Positions 45,116 to 53,235 of a DNA stretch of 53,235 bases are shown here, piece after piece; positions within the stretch are counted from its first letter, which is position 1; each line of letters opens with the position of its first letter. The stretch spans positions 1-53,235 of the forward strand of contig MRSU01011608.1 in the NCBI GenBank assembly GCA_008369845.1. The letters are read 5' to 3'. The stretch is from Trichomonas gallinae (lineage: Eukaryota). The notes beneath the pieces were generated by a model. The model was not told the origin of the DNA. It saw only the letters and a program-made list of their open reading frames with translations, and searched no databases. A program made the position numbers and the translations under genes.

Positions 45116-45685
45116 TCATTTATCGGATAACAATTCATATATGTATAAATTAGAAGTCAATAATGCGGGAAGATTTTCTATTGGTAGTGATTCTTTTTTC
45201 ATGTCGAATACAAAATGGATGTTTTTCTTTTCAATATAAAATTTAACGATGCTGATTTTTGCTGGTTTGATTCTCTTGCCGTTAAAAACAGTTGCATTTG
45301 AAGGAATTTCAACAGTAGCTGCAGGCTCAAGAGCTTTTTTGATGCAATACTTTCTTTTGACAAAAACCGAATCGAAATTCGACAAAAATTTATTGTTCCT
45401 TGTCATAATTGATATTTGAGGTATGCTCCATATAGAATCTTCATTCATGTACATGCTCTGGTTTCGTATAATAATATTCCTGATTTTTGCATCGTCATCC
45501 AACATTTTGTCAATCTTTGCTTTAGCTGGGTCAACATTTGGAAAAGTAGAATTGAGTTTTGCAAGTTTCTTGTCTTGTTTATCTAAAATTTCTAATGCCA
45601 TTGTTTGGAATCTAACTAATCTCTTCATCTTTTCTTGTATCAGTGATTCAACAGTCAAAAATTCTCTTTATGAAACAATGTCCAT
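45116..45685 (-). pseudogene. Hypothetical protein with an in-frame TAA at codon 6 (or a shorter CDS from ATG 45631)
   Basis: ATG 45685 reads MDIVS*REFLTVESLIQEKMKRL..., in frame with the 180-codon ORF. The TAA is at 45668-45670. No domain recognised. Confidence 0.45.
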
Positions 45686-45801
45686 GGTTAAACGCTTTTT
45701 GTGACATGCGCCTTTAGGATATATTGCGATTAATGATTTCACGTGAAGGATTGGTGTAATAGGTGGTGTTTTCTTTTTTATGATAGATAATTCCGAATTT
45801 A

Positions 45802-45827
45802 TTTACATGTCAAATCTGACATGTAAA
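45802..45827. promoter_or_regulatory. 11-bp perfect inverted repeat in a divergent intergenic region
   Basis: tttacatgtca-aatc-tgacatgtaaa, followed by a TCACTT Inr-like site at 45831-45836. The regulatory role is inferred. Confidence 0.55.
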
Positions 45828-45921
45828 GTATCACTTTTTGAGAGCACATTTCCATACGCTACATATAAAATATAAAAAAATAAATTGTCATTTTTAACTT
45901 TTTTCTTCTTTTCGAGGGTTC

Positions 45922-47478
45922 ATGCCTGGAAACGGCTGGATCCTCGAAAAAGGGGCAACTGGAATCACTCCTACAAAATCATATAACATCCGTCATAGAG
46001 ATTTCAAAATTATTTATGCAAATAATGGTTTATATTTCCATCTCAAAGTTGATGGACAAAAAAATTATGTTGGAGTTACAGGAAATGGCACGTTTGGTGA
46101 CATTGAACTTACAACGACGTCGAAATTATTTGACAGTTCAGAATACATGCAAGTTATCCACACTGTCAAAAATGTTGGCCAAAACAAACATATAGTTGGC
46201 CTTGGATTTGAAGTAGATATTGACTTTTCCATTGGTAGTTCACGTGGTGACCATTGTGGCCACAGAAACATTGAACCATTCAAAGGAGTTTACAATTTCC
46301 ACTTAGGACGAAACGCGACATTTTTGCTTCGCTCTACAGCATTTGTCACCAACGTCGACACATACGCATACATTGGCATGCCAAATTTTGGAGTATGGAC
46401 AAATAACACTAAATATTCAAAAGTCCCTGATGGAAAAGGAGATAAAATTTACTTTTCATGGCAAAACCGCGAAATTCCGCCAAATGAAGAGAAAATATTT
46501 TCATATGTTGTAGGAATTGGAGACTACAAAGAATATGAATTAAATCTTTCTACCAAAATCGAAGAATGTTATTTGCCTAGTTCTCATCTCAAACTAGATT
46601 TTTCTCTCAATTCTGTTGAATTAGATCAAACTGTGACTATTGAAAGAGATTTTGAAGGAAATAAAATTTCTAACACATTGACAGATTCAGGTTCACCACA
46701 TTTTTCAGACAAATTTGATCTTCCTTCATCAGTTGGCGAACATTTTGTTAAATACAAAATCGTCAATGAAAAATACGGCGAAAGAGAATTTGTCTACAGA
46801 ATTTTAGTTGATGTTCCACCAGAAGTTTCAGTATTGAATTGGAAGAATGAATTTTCATCTGGCGAAAATTTCAGTATCAGTCTGAAAGTAAAATGTGATA
46901 CAAAATGCAAAGTTTCAATCATCAACGACAACAGCTAAAATCTTCTTTCATTTGATTTCACTGGCGATGAACAATTTTCTCGCAACATCATCGTCCCAGA
47001 AAGTACTCCTTTATATAATCATAACATCACAGTTTTTGCCATTGACGAATTCTCTATAAGTTCATTAAAACAAATATTAAACTATAGCATCCTTCCTAAT
47101 CCTGGCAAAATTTCTTTGTCACAGGAACTTCCATTTAAATACATGCCTGATAAAAATCTTACCATTATAGGTTCAGTTGACGTCGGGACAGAGATTTGCA
47201 TGTTTTCTAATTTCTCTGACCAAAACTCGATTAAGTATGATTGTTTTTACTTTTCGAAAATCGAAGAAAAACAGTTTGAGATAACAACAAACTTTACGAC
47301 AAAATATCCTGATATAGTTTATCCTTTCTATATTTATGGGATCGACGACAGATCTATAAATACAAATATTATCACACACAACATCTTTATATTCATCCCA
47401 AAAAACCCGCAAACATGTATGTGCAATAGATTTGAAGTTGGAATATATATTTTTAGTTTGTTTAGTTGCTCATGCTAA
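45922..47478 (+). pseudogene. Short Bap-like/Ig-fold surface protein split by a single in-frame TAA
   Basis: ORFs 45922-46938 and 47116-47478 share a frame. After TAA 46936-46938 the frame reads NLLSFDF...HNITVFAIDEFSISS..., matching HNITVWIKDEFDLLS in the giant protein. Confidence 0.8.
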
Positions 47479-48624
47479 AAAATTATAAAATGAATTATAA
47501 ATATGAATTTTTTGTCTAACAATTATTCAAATATAATAGCTTATATTAATCCATTTTGTATATTTCTAATAATCGAAAAATAAAGAAAGTGATATACAGG
47601 GACAAAAAATTGTGAAACACCCTCTTTATTTTTTGATTGGAATTAGTTACAACTTGCGCACATACATATTATTATAGAGTATCATCTGAAGTATCTATAT
47701 CATGCTCCAATATATTTATTCATGTTTCATGCACTAGAACAGCATTTCCTCTCCACTTTGGACATTCTCTTTCAACAAGTGTTTCATCGTAAATAAAGCA
47801 TAACAAGCTGAATTATTCTATAGGTTAAGTATCATAACTAGTTTTACATACAAATAAATTATTTAAATCAAAAAAAAAAAAAACTCAATGTTATGATGAA
47901 AGAAATAACGGGTTAAAAATTTGATTATCTATATCTGTTTTCAGATCGAATCTAGCACATCTCTAACTTGAGATGCTAAACCTTGCCGGACACCCTATAT
48001 TACTTAAATAATGATGATATTGTTATTATTGCTGTTAACCATTGCAATTGTTGCTATTATTTCCTATGAGTGGAGTTGTTATCATCTCATTATGATCTTG
48101 ATTTATATAATCAATGAATAAATACAATAAAGATCAAAACTTTGTTCAAATGTTTGATTATAATGATTATTTTTTTTTTTTCTGTGATGACTTCTAAACT
48201 TGTACTTCAATGTTTATGAAGAATAGCATTTAATTGTTATGATTTCAAACATGATTCTTTTGTTCTAGATGTTTTTATCATCATTTAATAGTGAATCAAG
48301 AAGCAGCATAATACGAATCCTAGAAAAGAAAAATTTTTTTAGTTTTCAATATTCAAAACATGGCGATACTAATTAAATTGATGCATTTTATATGATTCTT
48401 GCAAATACTAATTCCATAAATTGTCAACACAGTTTTAATTTATATTTATTAGATTGTTGATCATCGAGTGAAACAAATACTAATGCCATAAATTTACATC
48501 ATTTACAAGATTTCATAATAATATATATTTGGTTTATTCTTTGTGTTGCACTCGATAAGATAGATAAAATATATATCAATAATGATTTTATTACAATAAA
48601 TAAAACAACTTTTCGATAACAAAC

Positions 48625-50307
48625 TTATGTTCTTGATGACTTCGGAGGTGTCTGGCCACGAACAACAAATGATTTTCCTCTTGGATTCGACGAGTAGTAA
48701 AGCTCTTTATCAGTGCCGTAAACGAAGCATGGCTTATTGACTCCATCCATGACTGCAGAAATTGGCGCAGCGCCGAGAATTTGCGCTGATTCCTGGTCAG
48801 GAAGAGCACCAGCAACTTCTCTGTAGCCTCTTCCGCATGACAAACACTTTGTGCATTTTCTTGCTGCAGCGGCTTCCTCGAATTCGACTGAGAAAGATTT
48901 GAGCATCGACTCGACTTTCTTCAAGTCTTCTTTTGTCGCGAAATTCGATTCTAGTCCGTCGCCTTTCTGCTTCTTGATCATGTCGACGACTTGGTTCATG
49001 CTCTGCTTGAACTTCTCGAAAAGCCTCTCTATAAGGTCCTTTGTTGGGCGCTGCTCTATCTCTGTCTGCACGCGACGAAGTTCATCAGATAAATCTTGCA
49101 TTTCAGAAATCTTGTCAGCCATCGATTTAAGTTCGGCCACACGTTTCTCGAGGTCTGATATTCTCTTTTCGTGGTCATCAATTGAGTTTTGGTGAGATTT
49201 GAGTTGATAATTATGATCATTAAGGAGATTGTCATGTTTAGTGAGTTCTTTGTCATGATGTTCTGTCTTATCCTCGAGTTTGCGTACTCTTTCGGCCAAA
49301 TCTTCGAATTCTTGCTTGGAAGCAGAATTTCCAGCACTTGGTGGACGAACAGGGAATTCATCTGTGTCTGTCTTTGAAACTCTCTCCACAGGAGTCAAAT
49401 CACGCCTTGGTCTCCAGTTTGACTGCTCAGAAGATTCGTTAGATTTCATTGAATCGAATTTCTTCTTAAGAGCATCAATTTGACTCTTGAGGTCGTTGTA
49501 GTTACCATCAACCTTCTTTTCAAGCTTGTTCAATCCGTCATTTGTTGCATATTTGGAAAGATCAATATTGACATTTGAAGAAGAAGGTTCTGAAGAACCT
49601 CTCTGCAATTGCAATGATTTTATAGAATCTTCAAGGCCATTGAGCTTGTTTGTAAGTTCATTGACTGACTTTTCAAGTTCTGGATTTGAAATATTTTGTG
49701 CGTTGAAGTTTCTGTCTTTAATATCAGCATCATTTGATGAGCATTGGTCCATGTTTGAGATTTGATTCCTTAAAGATCCTAAATCGTTTCCTAAATTGTT
49801 AATTGCGCCATCCATCGTCAAAACTTTGCCGTTCATCATATCTACCTTAGACTTCATATCGCCAAGGTCATTCTTCATGCTTGTAATCTGTGATCTTTGT
49901 CCATTGACAAGTTCTTGAAGATCATTTACTTGATTATTCAATTTATCAATATTTCCTTGAAAAGTAGCTAATTTATCGTTTGCATCTCTTAATCCATTGA
50001 ATGCAGCATCTGTTTTATCCTTTATTTGGTTGATTTGATTGAGTAAACTCGAATTTTTATCATTAATAAGTTTTTCTAGCTCATCGAAACGTTTATCGGC
50101 ATCCTTCTTGTTACTATTGATGTTAGTTTGTAACAATGTGATGTCCATCTTGTCAGCTTTCGTTTTTTCCAAGTTTTCGATTTTGATATCATGATCTTTT
50201 ATCATTGTAATCAAATCAAGCAAAATCTTTTGTAGAGGATCAAGTGTCAGCTGCAACGGAAGGAATCCTCCAGCTTTAATTCTTTCTTCAACAGGAATTT
50301 CAGTCAT
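48625..50307 (-). CDS. Coiled-coil protein with QRICH2/C16orf96 (DUF4795)-like C-terminal motif
   Basis: About 470 aa of mostly heptad repeats, then EEAAAARKCTKCLSCGR and VYGTDKELYY. Confidence 0.7.
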   Translation of the reverse strand: MTEIPVEERIKAGGFLPLQLTLDPLQKILLDLITMIKDHDIKIENLEKTKADKMDITLLQTNINSNKKDADKRFDELEKLINDKNSSLLNQINQIKDKTDAAFNGLRDANDKLATFQGNIDKLNNQVNDLQELVNGQRSQITSMKNDLGDMKSKVDMMNGKVLTMDGAINNLGNDLGSLRNQISNMDQCSSNDADIKDRNFNAQNISNPELEKSVNELTNKLNGLEDSIKSLQLQRGSSEPSSSNVNIDLSKYATNDGLNKLEKKVDGNYNDLKSQIDALKKKFDSMKSNESSEQSNWRPRRDLTPVERVSKTDTDEFPVRPPSAGNSASKQEFEDLAERVRKLEDKTEHHDKELTKHDNLLNDHNYQLKSHQNSIDDHEKRISDLEKRVAELKSMADKISEMQDLSDELRRVQTEIEQRPTKDLIERLFEKFKQSMNQVVDMIKKQKGDGLESNFATKEDLKKVESMLKSFSVEFEEAAAARKCTKCLSCGRGYREVAGALPDQESAQILGAAPISAVMDGVNKPCFVYGTDKELYYSSNPRGKSFVVRGQTPPKSSRT

Positions 50308-50888
50308 TTATATGATGTACGTTTAAAAAATTTCGTTAATAAAAATTTCCTTATTTTATTGATTTTTAGCTGTTTTATGTTGCAAATATTTGATTTTCAA
50401 CAAAATTTTGAACTTTTGTGAAATTTATTTTTTGATATTTTTTAAAATTTTGATTTTATGGAATTTTAAGCTTAATACAATAATATATAAATTTATAAAA
50501 TTCTATTTTAGCATAGAATTTTGAATAATTTTGAGTTTTTAATATATTTATTGATTATTTATTATTTTAATGTTTTTGATTTAATATGGTTTATTTAAAC
50601 AATTTCTAAGTGGTTTGCGTTTGTTTTGAATTTTTTTTTTTCAAAATCAAAATCAAGGAAAACTTATTACATAGCTTTATATTTATATTGTACAAGTGAT
50701 AAATTGAATAATAATGATTGAAATCAGTAAAATATTAGAAGTTTTCGATTTTGATTTTTTTTTTTCCACAAAAGATATGCCTTGTAATGCTATTAAAATG
50801 ATTTTATGATGGCCGTAATGATAGAATTTTATTATAAAACTGGTAAATGAAACTATTTTTTGATATCGCTGATGATTTGAAATAAGCG

Positions 50889-51341
50889 TTACATGAACAA
50901 AATATCATTCTCGTATTGAGATATGACCTCATTGAATTCGTTGTAGATGGATGTCCAGTCGCATTCATCGACCTTTAAATATTTTTGTTGTTCGCGATGA
51001 CAAAGAAGATGTGGCATGTTCTTAACAAGCTGACGGAAGCGGATCTTGACTTGGTCTCCTGATCTGTTCTTGAGATGCTTGCTTATCTTTGTCCATTTGC
51101 CTCCGTAAAGTGAATAAACGTCAAGAATGATTTTATCTTCATCCTCACGCCATTCACTTTGGTTCCGTGACAAGAAACCCTTGAATCTCTCAATTATTGA
51201 TCTCTTAGAATGACCTTCGAGTAGTTTGTCTTCGAGAACGTGGACAGCTTTCTTGATGTCTCCTTTCGATCTCTTGACTTCCTGCAGAATCATGTCATCT
51301 TCTTCTTTAGTGAATCTGTGTATAACTCGTTTCTTATACAT
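50889..51341 (-). CDS. Myb-like DNA-binding protein (divergent first repeat)
   Basis: RFTKEEDDMIL... and WREDEDKIIL...YGGKWTKISKHLKNRSGDQVKIRF. TCACTT initiator at 51364-51369 (minus strand) supports the ATG at 51341. Confidence 0.88.
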   Translation of the reverse strand: MYKKRVIHRFTKEEDDMILQEVKRSKGDIKKAVHVLEDKLLEGHSKRSIIERFKGFLSRNQSEWREDEDKIILDVYSLYGGKWTKISKHLKNRSGDQVKIRFRQLVKNMPHLLCHREQQKYLKVDECDWTSIYNEFNEVISQYENDILFM

Positions 51342-52272
51342 GTGGAAGAAAAATAAATTAGAAAAGTGACCAGTCAAAAAGTGGACAAAAGCACGTTTAT
51401 TCTCTCAAAATTTCAATTATGCTCATCAATTATTGAATAGTAAATTATCGTCTTTGAATATATTTTTGTATGTCGAAAAATTGACTTATTTAAAGTCAAT
51501 AATATGACTCAGAAAAACATCAACATTCGAAGTCTTTTCGGATGAAAAAAAAAAATATTTGATAGAGCACGTTAAAAATATATAAATTAAAGGTTATAAT
51601 CTTTAATTTATTCGTCAAATTTAATATTTCACAAAGAAAATATTGATACATCAATGTAAAATTAAAATGGTACCATGATGTTCTAAAGAATTCGATCAAT
51701 TTAAATTTATAAGTCTAAGTCAAAAAAAAATCTAAGTCAAAAGACGTAGATGAACTGCAATTTTAACTGTAATAGAATGGATGAATAACTTTTAAATTTA
51801 AATTATAATTTAGTATGATTTTTTTTCATTATTGAATTGTCGTATATCTTTCATTAGCTCCATTGCATTATATAAATTGCGAAGTATCATAAAACATAGC
51901 TTGATTTCGTTCTTTATTTTATTGATAAATTACAAATTTTTGTGACACCATCATTAATTGAAGAGACACAACTATCATATTCAATAGTTAAATTTCACAT
52001 AGATTTACCAACAAAACATTCAATCATTTTCAAATGTTTTCTTATTATCAGCAAGCATTTTAAAGTATTTTATGATTTAAAATTATTACCAAACTTAATC
52101 AATGCAAACAAATTAAAATTTGATCAATCGAAATCCATTCAAATCAATGATTTTTTTATCTCATACAGATTGGAATTAATATGAGAGCATATTTTTCATA
52201 CTTTAGTATGAATTTTATTATATTTGATTTCTGCATAACATTAAGATTATGTTAAATGAAACATCTTTATTC

Positions 52273-52905
52273 TCAATGGAATTCGCAGTTACGAAGATTT
52301 GGAACAGTTAAGTTTCCCTCTGCTGTATGCAAAGGCTCTCCTTTATAGCAAGCAACTCCATTCTCGTTGATTCCAAGATGGTCGACCATTTTCTTCCAAT
52401 GAGTGTTCCTCCTATCTTGTCCTTCAGGTTCTCCTTGTGAGAAACTTCCGAAAAAGATTCTTGCACCAATTGGAGACTCAGCTGGTGGATCAAGGAGCTC
52501 ACAGATGTCAGGATCTGGTGTTGAAGCACCGAAAAGCATAGCTTCTGATGTTTCACCGCGCATTTTAGCAGGATGCATGTTTGTAAATACGCACACACGT
52601 CTGTTTTGGAGTTGCTCGACTGTATAGTATTGTCTTACACTTGTAACAATGTGCTTTGTAACACCATTTCCAATATCGACATCTTCTTTGTACAAAAACT
52701 CAGAATCTTCAACAGGCTCGACATGTATAATCTGTCCAACACGTGCATCGATAAAACAGGCTGGATCTTTCTCCGGTGGTTTTTCAGCTTGAACTTTCGG
52801 CTTCTTTTCTTTCTTTGCACGCAAGTATTTAACCGGTTGGCCATCCTTTCCGATAATTTCTTGCTTTTGTTCGGTGTTCTGCTCAGCAACTGGTTCTTCA
52901 GACAT
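52273..52905 (-). CDS. EMAP-II/Arc1p-like tRNA-binding OB-fold protein
   Basis: DARVGQI..VE......LY...VDIG....IVT......NMHPAKMRGETSEAML...ELLDPP...IGARI, preceded by a Lys-rich linker. ORF-track start is TTG; ATG is at 52905. Confidence 0.88.
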   Translation of the reverse strand: MSEEPVAEQNTEQKQEIIGKDGQPVKYLRAKKEKKPKVQAEKPPEKDPACFIDARVGQIIHVEPVEDSEFLYKEDVDIGNGVTKHIVTSVRQYYTVEQLQNRRVCVFTNMHPAKMRGETSEAMLFGASTPDPDICELLDPPAESPIGARIFFGSFSQGEPEGQDRRNTHWKKMVDHLGINENGVACYKGEPLHTAEGNLTVPNLRNCEFH

Positions 52906-53151
52906 ATAAATAAAATGCAGGGTTATAAAAAATAACAAGGGGATACTTTAATCGCATAATTTTATATGTATATTATAATACCACAATAGGCATATTTGCA
53001 GAATATGCAAGAAAAAACGAAAATGTAATGCATTTTTTCCAATCAGATTTCCTCTTTTCATAAGTTATGGTATTCACGCATAAGATATGCATTATTGTAT
53101 ATGTTTATTCCTTATTACGATAAACTTATTTATAAATATATTCTTTATATT

Positions 53152-53235
53152 TTAGAAAGGTACCTCGGAGGTTTGAAAATCTGAATTTTGGATCCATTCT
53201 TCGTATGTATGGGCCACAGACCATATGGATACTCC
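53152..53235 (-). CDS. Probable 3' end of a gene running off the window
   Basis: GC content rises and an open frame GVSIWSVAHTYEEWIQNSDFQTSEVPF* ends in TAAA. Confidence 0.5.
   Translation of the reverse strand, partial: GVSIWSVAHTYEEWIQNSDFQTSEVPF

Noticed and set aside
45668..46938. Reassignment of TAA to a sense codon, suggested by several in-frame TAAs
   Set aside because: Intact genes in the window end at TAA (e.g. 20506, 20941, 22818, 48625), and the two giant ORFs contain no internal TAA.
29600..47120. Spliceosomal introns as an explanation for the broken starts and the internal stop
   Set aside because: I found no trichomonad intron signature (GT..., ACTAAC...CAG branch/acceptor) at these sites.
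51714..51742. 12-bp direct repeat tctaagtcaaaa
   Set aside because: Short slippage-type duplication next to an A-run, with no element between the copies.
1..53235. CRISPR arrays, rRNA/tRNA genes, Maverick or mariner-type transposons
   Set aside because: No regularly spaced repeats, cloverleaf or rRNA-like GC-rich tracts, or transposase/integrase/polymerase ORFs were seen.

Overview
AT-rich eukaryotic DNA that looks like a trichomonad (Trichomonas-like parabasalid). Evidence: intron-less genes, TCA(T/C)T(T/A) initiators just before ATGs, AAAGTGAC (M2-type) motifs, stop codons inside TAAA, and typical expanded families. The window holds a compact Hydin-like gene, a 3429-aa Bap-like type-I surface protein built of about 30 Ig-like domains, two Myb genes, four protein kinases, two coiled-coil proteins (one with a QRICH2/DUF4795-like end), a ubiquitin-like protein, an Arf-like GTPase, an EMAP-II-like tRNA-binding protein and a bacterial-type CAP-domain membrane protein. 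Several surface-protein genes are damaged or decayed. Many ORF-track starts are upstream TTG or ATG codons; I corrected these to the likely ATG. Most notable observations: (i) four exported-type proteins from three families share a GPI-signal-like Cys/Thr + spacer + hydrophobic C-terminus, and all four carry lesions; (ii) a recurrent intergenic motif TGNCATGTAAA, sometimes in palindromic pairs; (iii) a strict three-domain super-repeat in the giant adhesin; (iv) an unannotated inverted pseudogene copy of the CAP gene whose break point coincides with a 24-bp inverted repeat. No rRNA, tRNA, CRISPR array or intact transposon was recognised. All family calls come from reading motifs by eye, not from database searches.
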